A stretch of 64,000 bases of DNA from Malacoraja senta (Eukaryota). Within the stretch, counting starts at the first letter, position 1. Every line of letters starts with the position of its first letter. The notes below the pieces were generated by a model, which ran no database searches, was not told the DNA's origin, and saw only the letters and a list, made by a program, of their open reading frames with translations. The stretch covers positions 248,001-312,000 of the forward strand of contig JAXLNO010000573.1 of the NCBI GenBank assembly GCA_038087875.1. The letters run 5' to 3'. A program made the translations under genes and the position numbers. This document shows positions 50,435 to 64,000 of this stretch, one piece after another.

Positions 50435-50870
50435 TCATAAGATCATAAGTGATAGGAGAAGAATTAGGCCATTTGGCCCATTAAGTCTACTCCATCATTC
50501 AATCATGGCTGGTCTATCTCTCCCTCCTAACCCAATTCTTCTGCCTTCTCCGCATAACCCCTGACACCCGTACTAATCAAGCATCTATCTATCTCTGCCT
50601 TAAAAATATCCATTGTCTTGGCCTCCGCAACCTTCTGTGGCAAAGAGTTCCACAGATTCACCACCAAGAATTCCTCTTTGTCTCCTTCCTAAAGGAACGT
50701 TGTTTAATTGCTGAGGCAGTGACCTCTAGTCCTAGACTATCCCACTAGTGGAAACATCCTATCCACATCCACTCTATCCAAGCATTTCACTATTCGGTAA
50801 GTTTCAGTGAGGTCCCCCCTCATCCTTCTAAACCCAAGCAAGTACAGGCCCAGTGCTGTCAAACACCAGT
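50435..50870 (-). mobile_element. CR1 3' fragment
   Basis: GCCATTTGGCCCA..CCATCATTCAATCATGGCTG tail also seen at ~95-160, ~51750-51840 and ~56150-56430. Confidence 0.7.
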
Positions 50871-51879
50871 CTTGACATACTGTTGGGTCTCAGACATTAA
50901 ACCTTAAGTTCATCTCTCTTTCCACAGCTGCCACCTGTGCTGAATGTTTCAAGCATTTTCTGTCTTTACTTTAGATTTCATGCATCTGCAGTTTGTTTTA
51001 ATTTTCAGACATGTTCTGCCACTGTTAATGGCAAAGCACCGTGTCAGAAACAATCTCCAACCTCAGCAAATCGTCATATGAAGCTGCTCAGGAAAGACCT
51101 TTCAAAATAATTGCTCTGCTTAATTTATGCTTGCGGTCACATGGAGGTAAGCTATTTGTGAATATTGAGGCAAAAGAGAAATCACAAGCATTTCACTGCT
51201 TACAAGTAAGTGAATAACAGGTTTTCACAGATTTGGTCCATCCAATGGAGTGGCAGACTTCAAGTTAAAGATGGGTTCCACATTGTTAAACTGAGGAAAA
51301 TGTCTCTGACCTAGTATTGAATATCCTAAATGGGAAACCAAACCTGAAGATTAGGAGGGAAAATCTAAGTTATTTATTGGTTACACTTAAAACAATTTTA
51401 GTAGTTTAACTTTTGCAACTACAGCTAGAAAATTTTCCTTTTCTATTAGGTGAAGCAATTTTAATACCTGTTAAATATCAGTGACCTTTAAATGTCATCA
51501 CAAAGCCTTTGAGAGGAGTTGAGGTTTCACCCCAAGCCTTGCTTCCTGTCAATGTCTGCGATGGTATGCTGGGACCAAGCTTGAGTAGTACTCAACCTGA
51601 AGTCTAGGTACAGTTGAGGCCATGATATCCTTGTCACATGCCTCCCTGGACCAGTGAGCCACCTTGTGCAGTCCTCTCCATCATGCAGAGATAATTGTGC
51701 TGAGTTTTTTTCAAATATATTTAAACAATAAATGTTCATAAGTTCACAAGTGATAGGAGTTGAATTAGGCATTTAGCCCATCAAGTCTACTCTGCCATTC
51801 AATCATGGTTGATCTATCTCTCCCTCCTAACCCCACCTAACCCCATGGGAGAAAGTTATTCTAGTTTTCTATTGCAGGA

Positions 51880-52325
51880 CAGCTTAACTCTTCTTCTACT
51901 CCCACACACCAACTTGTCAATCCTCAGTCTTCTCCATTGCTATGAAGAGGTCAAACACAAATTGAAAGAACAATACTTCATATTCTGCTTGGGTAGCTTA
52001 CAACCAAATGGTACGGACATTGAATTTCCCAATTTCAGGTAACCCACAATCCCATTATTCTCCTCCACATATTTGCCTACGCATCTCCCTATGTTCATCT
52101 TCTCCATTCACACACCTCCTCCACCTGGTTCCATCTGCCTAGCATCCTCTCCCCATCTGGTTCCACCTGTCACCTACTAGTCTCTATCCCACTCCTCCCT
52201 CACACTGCCACATAGTAACAATCTTTCTTCTTACCTCTCAATCCTGTGGCATGATCTCCATCTGTAATCTTGACACTTTTTGCCTCCACAGATGTTGCTT
52301 GACCATTAAGTTATTCCTGTGTTTT
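51880..52325 (+). mobile_element. Old Penelope 3' fragment
   Basis: KLKEQYFIFCLGSLQPNGTDIEFPNFR. Confidence 0.7.
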
Positions 52326-52484
52326 TGTGCAATACAGCCAATGTCTATCATCCTGTATTCATCAATCTTCTCAGTTCCTTCCTCAAAAAATAATTAAAAT
52401 AGTGAGATATGATTTATTCCACACAAGCTCCCTAACATTGATCAGCCCCTGTCATTTCAAATGTAAAGAAATCCTATCTTTTAG

Positions 52485-52765
52485 TATTTAGTTTAGTTCA
52501 GAGAAACAGCATGGAAACAGGCCCTTCGGCTCACCGAATCCACGCATTCTAACACTATCTAGAAACAAATTACATTCATACCAAGCCAATTAACTTACAA
52601 ACGTGTACGTCTTTGGAGTGTGGGAGGAAACCAGAGATCTCGGAGAAAACCCACGCAGGTCATGGGAGAACATACAAACTCTATACAGACAAGCACCTGT
52701 AGTCAGGGTCGAACCCGGGTCTCTGGCTCTGTAAGGCAGTAGCTCTACCGTTAAGCCACCGTGCC
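52485..52765 (-). mobile_element. HE1/V-SINE-type SINE
   Basis: B box, V domain, tail. Confidence 0.85.
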
Positions 52766-53539
52766 AATTTTCTCATACAATTTCCCTGCCATTAATGTAA
52801 GGCTCACTGACCTAATCGACCTGGCTATGCCTGGAATTAGAAACAAAATTAGCAAGGATAGTTGCTATTCATAATAGAATTTCTATGCCTGGGACCACAT
52901 TCATTTGAAGATTTTGGAAGTATGACATTTCAATTTCTTTATCATGTTAATAATATTAACATATTAGCCATGACTTCAAGTTCAAAATTAATTGATTAAG
53001 AGTGAAGGACTTTGGAAGATCCAGAGGAGGTAAGAATAACATTATATTTATGTTCTTTCCCTTTCTTCCTTTGTGTGATTACATACGTTCTTTTCCCTTT
53101 TCAACTGTTACTGATTTTATTCCTAAAATGAACATATACAGTACAAAAAATATATTTTTAGATGGCCCAGTCCATCATGCAAACTAGCCTCCTCCCTCTT
53201 GATTCCATCTAGACTTCATGTTGCTTCTGGAAAGCAACCAATATAATCAAGATCACTCATACCCTAGTCATTCTCTTTCCTTCCTTCTCCCGTCGGGCAG
53301 AAGATGCAAAAGCTGGAAAACACGTACCACCAGCTTCAAGAATTGCTGCTATCCCACTGTTATCAGACTATAAAAAAAGACATCCCATAAGCCAAGGATG
53401 TATTCCTGATCTTCCAACCTACCTCATTGCAGTGCTTGCAACTATTTTAACCTGCACTTTCTCTGTAGCTGTATCATTATATTCTGCACTTTGTTTCATT
53501 TCACTTTTTGCTCTGTCTGTTATTCTCACCTCATCTGGT

Positions 53540-54080
53540 CATAGAGTCAAAGAGTGGAACAGTGTGGAAACAGGCCATTGGGCTCAATTTACCCACATCG
53601 GCCAACATGTCCCAGCTACACTAGTCCCACCTGCCTGCGCTTGGTCCATATCCCTCCAAACCTGTCCTATCCATGTACTTTCTAACTGTTTCTTAAACAT
53701 TGGGATGGACCCAGCCTCAACTACCGCCTCTGGCAACTTGTTCCATACACCCACCACCTTTTGTGAGAAAAAGTTACCTCTCAGATTCCTATTAAATCTT
53801 TTCCCCTTCACCTTAAACCAATGCCCTCTGGTCCTCGATTCACCTACTCTGGGCAAGAGATTCTGTGCATCTACCCAATCTATTCTTCTCATGATTTTAT
53901 ACACATCAATAAGATTACCCCTCATCCACCAAGGAATAGAGTCCCGGTCTACTCAACCTCTCTCTATAGCTCAGACTGTCTAGTCCAGGCAATATCTTCG
54001 TAAATCTTCTCTGTACCCTTTCCAGCTTGAAAACACCTTTCTTATAACATGGTGCCCAGAACTGAACACAATACTCTAAA
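53540..54080 (-). mobile_element. CR1 (HER1-like) 3' fragment
   Basis: RPLLEYCVQFWAP, LERVQRRFTK, RGNLIDVYKIM, FFSQKVVGVWNKLP. Confidence 0.9.
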
Positions 54081-55864
54081 AGCGGTCTATGGTATGGTTG
54101 CACATATGCATGGTTTGATCTGCCTGGATAACGTGCAAAACCAACTTTTTCACTGTATCTTGGTAGCATGACAATAATAAACTGATACCAACATGTCTTT
54201 CTTTGATGCAAGTCCAATCAAAATGCACCTCACCACCTCCAGAAGACTTTGTTATCCCAGCAGGAGTCTGTAGATCTGAACATGCTCCAATAATAACAAA
54301 ACATGAAATGAATGTGTTCGGATTAAACAAACTCAGCTTTCCTGTTTGCTTCTCTGGGAAATTTAAAAGTTCCTTTCTTTTCAATTTTCTTTGATGCATT
54401 GTGAAGTCTATTATTGCGGGAGGTGGTTCATAACCTTTACAGTGTTTCTGTTCCACTCCCCACGATAAAAAGACTAATTTTAGATGATCTTTGGACAGCA
54501 TGCTCAGACACTGTGTTTCCACATGTTGTATTTCATAGCAGACATCTCTAAACCACAAAGTTAAACACCTGAAACATGCTGAAGATAGACACAAAATGCT
54601 GGAGCAACTCAGCAGGACTGGCAGCATCTCGGGAGAGAAGAAATGGGTGATGTTTCAACGCTTCTTCAGAGAAGGGGCTCGATCCAAAATGTCACCTATT
54701 CCTTCTCCCCAGAGATGCTGGTCTCGCTGAATTACTCCAGCTTTTTGTGTCTATCTTCAGTGTAAAACAGCATCTGCAGTTCCTTCCTACAAACCTGAAC
54801 TATGCTGTTGTCCTGAAAGTTGCCACGAGCACATCAGCTTCTGCTGTCATAACATCATTGAGGCTTAGATTTAGATTAATAGAATGACTGAAATAATGAT
54901 AGCTATCAGATCCTAAACGCCATGAAAGCCAGCAGCCTGTATCCTAGTCACCAGAGTCTGGAAGGATAATGAAAGGTTATTCCATCTGCTGTTGCCAGCA
55001 GAGCTGCAGCCTACTTTTGAAGATGTGTTTCTTCCTTATTAGGGGGCCTACCACTGACTACACGTTGCCATATGCTCCATCAATGGTAACAAAGTGAGAG
55101 ATTCCCTGATGGTCCTATAAATGGAAGTGTAGACGCAAGGCACATCTGTTCGCTGCTGCACATTACACAGATCAACTTCAGAGTTAGATAAAGGTTAGAA
55201 ATTCCTTGAATGGCTCTCATTTAGTTGAGTACTCAAGAGACCTGTGCCCTGACAATGAAACCATGAGAAAGTTCTACTGGGAAGATCCTCACCTACTGCA
55301 CAATCCTTTAGCCCTATGCCCAATCCTTCCTAATGCTAACAAAGTTTCTCCTGATAGAAGTGTCCAAGCTGTTACACGATATTAAAGAAAAACAAGTACT
55401 GCCGGAGGTGAGATTAAGAGAACGTAGTAGAACAATAGACAAATATCAATGCAGAAATTCTCATGTGCATCAGAATTCTTGTCATTTTTACTATCTTCAG
55501 TAATAATTCAGTCCAAAGTTTTGTCACTTGTCTTCATTATAATCAGTTTTGTCCTCTTTGTCATCAGCCACTGTAGACAGTGTGACTGTGGTTAACTTTT
55601 ATTTTGATCCCAGATTCATACAAAACATTTTGCACATTCAGAGTAGCCAAGTTGTGTCGATATGTGCATACTCTTTTGGTCATCGCCAGTAACACCGAAA
55701 TAAGAGCCATGGTTTTGATATTCTGTCAGATTCTAAATGGGAATTCCCGACCAAAGTGGAGTCCTGTAGTCTGCATGTTCGTAAATTATGACAATAATTT
55801 GCTGCAAAGCAAAGATGGGTAGTATCATTGGCAACAATGGGTTCCTCTTTGATGTTCGCATCCT

Positions 55865-58685
55865 ATGCTCGCCGTGAACAGAAGATCAGTGGAGGAATGC
55901 CACCTGCCCCGTCAGACTGAGGCGCACCCCTACCCATGGTCACAGTGGCAGACGCAAGATCAGCCTTCCAGATAACGAATCTGCAGAAGGCAACTGGCCC
56001 GGATGGAGTATCCGGTCGCATCTGGGACTGTGCGAACCAGCTGGCTGAGGTACTCACAAACATCTTTAACCTCTCACTACTACATTCTGAGGTCCCCACC
56101 TACCATCCCAGTGCCAAAGAAATAAAAACACGTGCCTTAATGACTACAATAGACAATAGGTGCAGGAGTAGGCCATTTGGCCCTTCAAGCCAGCACCGCC
56201 ATTCAATGTGATCATGGCTGATCATCCACAATCAGTACCCCGTTCCTTGCCTTCTCCCCATATCCCCTGACTCCGCTACCTTCAAGAGCCCTATCGAGCT
56301 CTCTCTTGAAAGTTTCCAGAGTACCGGCCTCCACCACCCTCTGAGGCAGAGAATTCCACAGACTCACAACTCTCTGTGTGAAAAAGTGTTTCCTCATCTC
56401 CGTTCTAAACGGCTTACCCATTATTCTTGATGTCACAGCTGCCACCCAGTATCTGTGACATCTACCACCATGGAGTGCTTCGAGACACTGGTGATGGCAC
56501 ACATTAACTCCAGCCTCCCAGACAACATTGATCCACTGCAGTTTGCCCACCATCACAAGGCCCACAGTAGATGCCATCTCTCAGGCTCTAAACTCATTTC
56601 TGGAGCACCTATACAACAAGACATCTATGTCAGTCTCCTGTTTATTGTCTATAGTTATACCAACACCATAATCCCATCCAAATTCATTACCAAACCAGAA
56701 ATCAGCAACACCCTCTGCTACTGGTTCCTTGACTTGGTGACCCAAAGGTCACAATCAATGAGGATAGGTGACAACATATCCACCACAATAATCTTCATAT
56801 TTGGTGCCTAACACAGATTTGTTCTCAGTCCTCTGCTATACTCCCTTTAGACTCGTGAATGTGCAGCCAAACTTGGCTCTAACTCCATCTACAAGTTTAG
56901 GACACCACTGTGGTGGGTCAGATCATGAACAATGACAGCACAGAGTACAGGAAGGAAATGGAGAGCTTAGTGCCAGGAAAACGGTGCCAGGAAAATGACC
57001 TCTGCCTCAATGTCAGCAAGATGAAGGAGCTAATTATCAACCTCAGAAAACATGGTTGAATACATGCCCTAGTCAGCATCAATGATGTCAAAGTGGAAAT
57101 GGTTGAGAGCTTCAAGTTCCTTGGTGTAAAGATTGCCAACAATCTGTCCAGGACCAATCCTGTTGAAGCGCCAACCAAGAAGGCACACCATTGCCTTTGC
57201 GTCCTCAGGGGGGTGAGGAAATTTGGCATGTCACCAACAACTCTTATAAATTTCTACAGATGTAGCCTAGAAAGATATTGTCTGGTTGCCCCACAGCTTA
57301 GTTGGGAACAGCTCTTCCCAAGACCACAAGAAATAGCAGAGAGATGTGAATGTAGCTCACTCCATCACCCAGATCAGACACCCTAACATTGATTCAATCT
57401 ACACTTCACATTGCCTCAGGAAAGCAGTCGATATAATCAAATGATTTTCCAAACCTGGTCATTCCTTCTTATCCCTGCTCCCATCGGCGGGAGATACAGA
57501 AGCTTGAAAGCAAACGCTACCAGGCGCGGGAACAACTTCTTCCCATTTGTTATCAAGTTTCTGAACGGTCCTCCATAAGATAATGTAATGGGCTGTCCCA
57601 CTTAGGCAATTTGTCAGGTGACTGCTGGCGACTGTCAAGTCGTAGCAGGTCGCTGAAATATCGGCGACTGGAACAGCGACTGTTAGAGTGGAACGCACAC
57701 ACACATACACACATTGCTTCCTTCACCAGCCAGTTATGCGGGGGACAGGGCAAGTGGGGGGAGCGCTGTCTGAGTGAAATTCACACGGTGCAAAGCCAAT
57801 GTGATACAGACACACACCACGATGAACAGGAAGGTTGGCGCTGTAAATAAGACGGTGAAAGCACAGTGTGCAAGAAGGGTCACTTAAGTCCTTTAAAAGA
57901 GGGGGGGAGAGGGGGGGGAGAGGTTGGAGAAGGGGGAGAAGGGGGGAGATGTGGTGGGGAGAAGGAGTGGAGACAACTTTTAAGAAGCCAGAGATACACG
58001 GCTGTGAAGCTCGGCGGACATTAACATTACCGGTCGGTTATCCTGGGTTGTGAAAACTACTGTCATGGTTTTTTTTCCCAAAGAGCCAATGAAATTCACC
58101 GGTCAGCACCGGCGACAATCTACGACAACTTACGACAACCTACGACCTCCTGGCGACCCACTACCACTGCACCTACGTCACGGGAATTCTCACTACTCTC
58201 CATGGCGTCAAAATTCCAGTCACCGCTAATTTTCCAACATGTTGACATTTTTTTGTCACATTTTTCAGCATGTTGAAAAATTATCGGCGACCAGAATGAA
58301 ACCGCGACAAGTTACGAGAATGCAGGAACTACTCACCACCATGCAGGCGACACCACGGCAACCTCCGGCGAACATGTGATGACCTTGTGGCGACCGCATA
58401 TTCTACTGTAGTCACCTAAAAAATCGCGTAAGTGGGACAGACCCATAAGGTCCTGAATTTCTAACCTACATCATTGCAGACATTGAAAGTTTTCTCTGGA
58501 CTTTTACACTAGGACGCTGAGAACTATATTCTGCACTCTGATCTTTTTGTCTTCTCGCTGCATATTGTACCCAAGTTTAGCGATTGTGTTCATGTTTGTA
58601 TAATCTGATTGGATTGGCCATCATGCAAAACAAACCTTTTCACTGTACTTTGGTACAGGTGACAATAATAAACCTAAAACTAAAA
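55865..58685 (+). mobile_element. Degenerate Rex1/Babar RT region and tail, interrupted by a CR1 tail (~56147-56430, -) and a MITE
   Basis: KATGPDGV, CANQLAEV, DPLQFAH, VESFKFLGV; TGACAATAATAAACCTAAA tail. Confidence 0.8.
57589..58445. mobile_element. Harbinger/PIF-like non-autonomous element (857 bp)
   Basis: TIR TGGGCTGTCCCACTTA / TAAGTGGGACAGACCCA, TAA TSD. Confidence 0.8.
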
Positions 58686-59024
58686 TATTCCTGTTCCTGT
58701 TTATAATGCACACTTTAGGTAATGCTTTCTTTTATCCTCAGAAATAGTAAAATGGAGAACAAAATCCTCATAGCAGTGGTGTACATTTGCAGCAGGAGCA
58801 GAAAGGCGGCTTTGGCCCTCTTTCAAAGGCCAGAGCTCAGCCCACTATAAACAGTGAGACTGGGTAATATGCATAAACAGAGTCACACATTTAAACAGGT
58901 GACCTAAAAAAAAATTAATCAATAATAAAAAAAGAAATATTGTTTATCATGGCGTTTACAGAGTGCTATGTTTATATATCTGTTGTGCTGCTGTAAGTAA
59001 TAATTTAATTAACATCTCGAATAT

Positions 59025-61594
59025 CGGGCTCATATAGAGCTATATCACTTTTAAATACAGACCAGAAAATTTTAGCAAAGACTTTAGCAAGAAGATTAAG
59101 CAAATATATTAGTAAATTGATAAACCCTGATCAAACGGGGTTTATACCCAAAAGATATTCATTTAATAATTTGAGACGCCTGTTTAATATAATGTACTCA
59201 CATAAAGTGGGGGAAGAAGATATATCAATTATTTCTTTGGACGCAGAGAAAGCATTTGATCTGGTAGAGTGGCAGTACTTACACAAAGTACTGCAAAAAT
59301 TTAATATGGGAGAGAATTTTATTACATGGGTAAAATTATTATATGATAAACCGATGGCAAGAATATTAACTAATAATATGTTATCTCAAAAATTTCAATT
59401 ATCAAGGGGTAATAGGCAGGGATGTGCTTTATCACCCCTGCTATTTGCCCTTATGATAGAACCTCTGGCTGAAAGTATAAGAATTCATCCTAATATTCAG
59501 GACTATAATACTAGGGACTCAAATAATAAAATTTCATTATATGCAGACGATATACTTTTATATATTACAAAGTCACAAACGAGCATACCAAATTTATTAA
59601 ATTTAATAGAGGAATTTGGGTCCTTTTGTCGATATAGAATAAGTTGGAATAAAAGTGAAATCATGACGTTAAAACCTCAAGAATCTACACACTTACTGAA
59701 GTTCCCCTTTAAAATAGCAACAGAAAAATTTAAATATTTGGGTATTCAGATTACTAGAAAATATAAAGAATTATTCAATGCTAATTTTATACCTTTATTA
59801 AATAAACTTAATATACAGATTAAATTGTGGAAAACACTTCCTTTATCATTAATAGGTAGAATAAATGCTATAAAAATGATCTTTCTACCACAATTATTAT
59901 ATCTATTTCAGTCTATACCAGTATATATACCAAAATATTTCTTTAAAAAATTAGACTCTAATATTACTAATTTTATTTGGGATTATAAATCACATAGAAT
60001 TTAAAAAAAACACTTATGTAAACCAAAAGATGTCGGGGGACTTTCACTCCCGAATTTTTTGTATTATTATTGGGCAGTGCATATTAAGAATATAATTTAT
60101 TGGTTGGACAGTTCTACCCAACAGACAGAATGGATAAAAATGGAGAAAGAGGATTGTTTTCCTTGTAATATAGGAACGATCCTCTTCTCCCCGAAAAAAC
60201 TGAACAATACAATATATAAAAAGAACCCAATTATACTGTACATGATACAATAAGAATATGGAAACAAATAAAATTATCCTTAAAATTATGAAACTTATCA
60301 TTGTTAATGCCAATAACGAATAATCCTTTATTTAAACCATCTCTTATTGATAAAACATATAATCAATGGGAATGTTTAGGAATTAAAAGGATCGGGGATA
60401 TGTATGAAATGGGAAATTTATTATCATTCCAACAATTACAATTAAAATTTAAATTGAAAAACAACCATTATTTTAAATATCTTCAGATTTGCGATTTCAT
60501 GAAGAAATACATACAAGGATATCAAAAAAATAACTCCTGATTTATTGGAAGAAGCAATGAATATTAAAGCTGACTCACAAAAATTAATATCATATTTATA
60601 TAATAGTATTTTAAATATAGACCTACCATCGACAGAGGTGCTTAGAGAAGAGTGGGAACGGGAATTAATGATAAAAATTACAAAGGTTACATGGGAAAAA
60701 TATTTGATATACATTCACAAATGTTCGATTAATGCAAGACATAATCTAATTTAATTAAAAATTTTACATAGATTATATTATTCAAAAACAAGATTGAATA
60801 AATTCTATCCAAATATATCCCCCACTTGCGATAAATGTTTATCCCAAAACGCAACTATAACACACTCTTTTGTTTCCTGCATAAAACTTTATAGATTTTG
60901 GAGTGATATTTTTGAAATATTTACAAAATTATTTAAGATAAGAATGGAACCTAATACTGAATTGATTATATTTGGAGTAATGAAAGATGGGAATAAATTG
61001 AATTCATCTCAACATTTATTTATTAATTATGGTTTAATAATTGCAAAAAAAGTAATACTTAAATTTTGGAAAAATACACCAATACCAACGCTCAAAATGT
61101 GGATTGCAAGCATGTTGGATACCGCACATCTTGAGGAAATGTGATTCCTCCTAATAGAAAAATCAGACCAATTCATAACGAGTTGGAATCATATGGTGCA
61201 ACACAATTTGTCGTCTTTTTGGAATCATATGGTGCAACACAATTGTAAAAGCTAATTGTCTCGGGACTGGGCGAGGGATGGTCAAGATTATAAATAATGA
61301 TCTCCTTACTTCTTTTAATTTTTTTTAATTTTTTACTCTCTTTTCCCCGTTTTCTTTGCTTTAACTTAATTCTTTCATTCTTTTTTCTTCTTCTTCACAC
61401 ACTATATATCTCACGTTTTTCTATACTTTATTATCTAATTTCTTTTTCTTATTCTTCTTTATTATAATAAAATAATAAGAAGCTGTACATAAAATGTATT
61501 ATGTATTATGAAAATATATATTAGGCACTTTGGTGCCATACGATTGTACTTACTTCTAATAAAATAAAAATATTTAAAAAACAACAACAAAAAC
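59025..61594 (+). mobile_element. 5'-truncated L1-clade LINE (RT + C-terminal Cys-rich domain, 3' UTR, polyA)
   Basis: DQTGFI, SLDAEKAFD, RQGCALSPLLF, LYADD, CDKC..H..C; 12-bp TSD CATCTCGAATAT (59013-59024, 61595-61606). Confidence 0.92.
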
Positions 61595-62199
61595 CATCTC
61601 GAATATATCAGGAAGGAGACAAAATTAGCTATGTGCTGAATAGGCGTTAAAAAATGTGAGGGTCAGAAAATACCCGAAGATCTAAGTTAGGGCGGCCTGA
61701 TGTTAAGTGGTAAGGAAGGAAGGAGACAGTTAAAAGTTGGAAAAGGGATGAAAATTCCTGCAGCAAAGTCAAAAACTTGGTACGGAGCTGGACGTAAATG
61801 ATAGTTGTGGTGAAAGGGACAGGTGAGATAAAAGTAAGCTCCCAGATTCTTAGAACGAACTTCACAGAGCTAGACCTAAACATACTCTGTATTGAGATGC
61901 TATTCTCAGAATGGAGATATGGAACAAGGAAAATGGTTTGTTTGTGTTTGATGGCTGGAAATCCACCAAGAATATGCTACAGAAGATAGACACAAAAAGC
62001 TGGTGTAATTCAGTGGGTCAGGCAGCATCTCTGGAGAAAAGGAATAGTTTTTCGAGACCCATGAAGGTTCTCACCTTGAACACCATCTACTTATTCTAAT
62101 TGGAAAAGCTTAATGACTTATCAGAGCAGATTTTATTAAGAAAGTTGATGCTCAAAACATTGGTAAATGAATAAATGTAATATGAACACATTCTGCTGG

Positions 62200-62340
62200 G
62201 ATGGAAGATTGCAACCTTCATGTGGTCCGCCCTGTTTCGACTAATGCAATCAACTCGACGTGCACAAACGGAAGATCAAATAGAACAAGTTGTCCAAAAA
62301 CTTTAGGCTGTGCACGCCACAAGAAAGAAGAAGAAGAACA
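62200..62340 (+). repeat. Short retroposon tail ending in (AAG)n, possibly RTE-type
   Basis: GC-richer block ending AAGAAAGAAGAAGAAGAA. Confidence 0.4.
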
Positions 62341-63469
62341 CATTCTGCTGGTATTAAGCACTCTTATACAGTTGACTACTTGCAAAAAAAAAGCCAAACA
62401 GAAGAAAACAAGCATATGAAAACACCACTTTTCATTTCAGAGTTCAAAATCAATTTTTTCTTCAGCTATGGTCAAACAGCCATTCTTGACAATAAGCAAC
62501 TAAACTTAGTTTGTTATCAGTCACTGAGTTGAACGTGAGAAATGTAATATGCCACAATTTAACAGTTAACCAATGTATACAGCCTGGCTAGTAAGTTCTC
62601 CAAGGGTTTCTTGTACTGAAGATTGAAATGATCTTGCAAGCACTTTATCAAAGATGTTCAGTGCAAGTTTTTTTCTGCTATTAGAAGCAACATCTGCAAC
62701 ATTGTGTTCCACAGGGAAGGAGATAATGTTAACAAATTGAGATTTTTTTTCCCTTTATAACATACAGAAATATCGAACAAAACGCCATCCACATAAAATA
62801 TGCATTTTCAAGTTTCTAAATGAGGATTAATAATGTTTTTGTCATTAACTCCCATGGTAAACAAACAAAATGTTGTGTTATAGCTGAAATATAATCTCAG
62901 CATATTAGGTATGCAGTGCCGCAGCTGGTATATGCTCTGTTACATGACGTAACTGCTCATATCTAATTATGACTACTTAACTAAATCACATGATTCCCCA
63001 TAGGAAAGTAAAGCACTTGTGAGTTTGCAGCTGCAAAACCAAGAAAAACAATTGATTGGTGTGAGAAGAGTTTTATAATCTCACCATCAAAAATAGAGGT
63101 TTCTCCATGTAAACAGAGGATCTCATATTAATCATTCCATTTAAACATAAACATGAGTAATACGGTGGAAGATTGTAGTACCCTTCATAAAAAGGGCTAA
63201 GGCAATTGCCAAATGCAAATTGACTGAAAGATTAGGAGATTTTACATTCTGTGCAAATGCAAACAAAAATCAGTTCTGCTTTCGAGTAATGCCTTTTTAT
63301 AGGAGAAAGCAGATGTTAATAAAAGGATAAAAGAAACAAAGGCTTTTCAGTGAGAACAGAACATGACGTATTTATATACTTTTGAACCCCAATCACTTTT
63401 CCAAAACAGGAAATGCTGCAGCCAATTTGCAAACAGCTCCGCCCCATTTACAGCAATCTGGCTGATAAA

Positions 63470-63720
63470 ACCAGATAGTCAGCTGGGGAATATTCTCCAA
63501 TGGATAAATATTAACTAGAGCGCACGGAAGATCTTTCTGGTTTAAACCCAAGATAATACCATTGGATCTTTTGCATCCACCTGAGGATCCAGAGCAAATG
63601 CTTATACAAAATAGGCACCAATGATGGGGTTCCTTGATACCACAATGATGTGTGAGCTTGCATCATGATTTAATATCTCTGCAGTGAGATCTACTTAAAG
63701 CTACCACCAAGCCACAACCA
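63470..63720 (-). mobile_element. Ancient DeuSINE (SacSINE/AmnSINE-like) relic
   Basis: ATACCATTGGATCTTTTGCATCCACCTGAG resembles the recalled Deu-SINE consensus segment; heavily decayed. Confidence 0.45.
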
Positions 63721-64000
63721 AAGCAATGCAAAACCAGACAGGCACAATAATAAAACAACTGATCTTAATATTAATAATAATTTTTATTCACTTATTGTCG
63801 AGATGTGGAATCAACTGTGGGGTCTGGCATTTACAACCGTAAGGAGGTAATGGATGTTCTTTCCTTTACTTTGATAAGCCAGATTTGGCATTTCAGGGAA
63901 CAGTTTGTTTGGAGTCATGCATAAGCAAATGGCAGGTTTCCTTTCCTAAAGGATATTGGTGAATAATAATTGTATTTTATGGGAATTTGAGCATTTTGTG

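Noticed and set aside
54076..54627. 183-aa minus-strand ORF
   Set aside because: Runs through Penelope and LINE-tail repeats with no recognisable domain

Overview
Eukaryotic (vertebrate) genomic DNA, most likely a cartilaginous fish (skate/ray/shark), inferred from abundant HE1/V-SINE-type SINEs plus CR1, Rex1 and Penelope repeats. No host gene could be identified with confidence; the window is mostly a layered set of transposable elements. It contains: a 3'-truncated DIRS-order tyrosine-recombinase retrotransposon (gag, RT, RNase H, Dam-like methylase, start of YR; ~2350-6003); a minus-strand endogenous-retrovirus-like element with one LTR, a tRNA-Pro PBS, a long leader, a gag-like frame with CCHC knuckle and no recognisable pro/pol (~6004-16169), which hosts a deleted Gypsy-type element (CTAT TSD, tRNA-Arg-like PBS), an L1-type tail with a nested TIR element (7-bp TSD) and a non-coding retroposon; two Rex1/Babar LINEs nested antiparallel (19.5-25.9 kb); a near full-length CR1/L2-group LINE with a 2A-like (StopGo) motif, PHD finger, APE and RT (30.2-34.2 kb); a non-autonomous Helitron; a Penelope GIY-YIG element with inverted ends and many hammerhead-ribozyme-like relics; Harbinger-type MITEs; and a 5'-truncated L1 with a 12-bp TSD. 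Boundaries without a stated TSD/TIR are approximate and family names come from motif recognition, not database searches.
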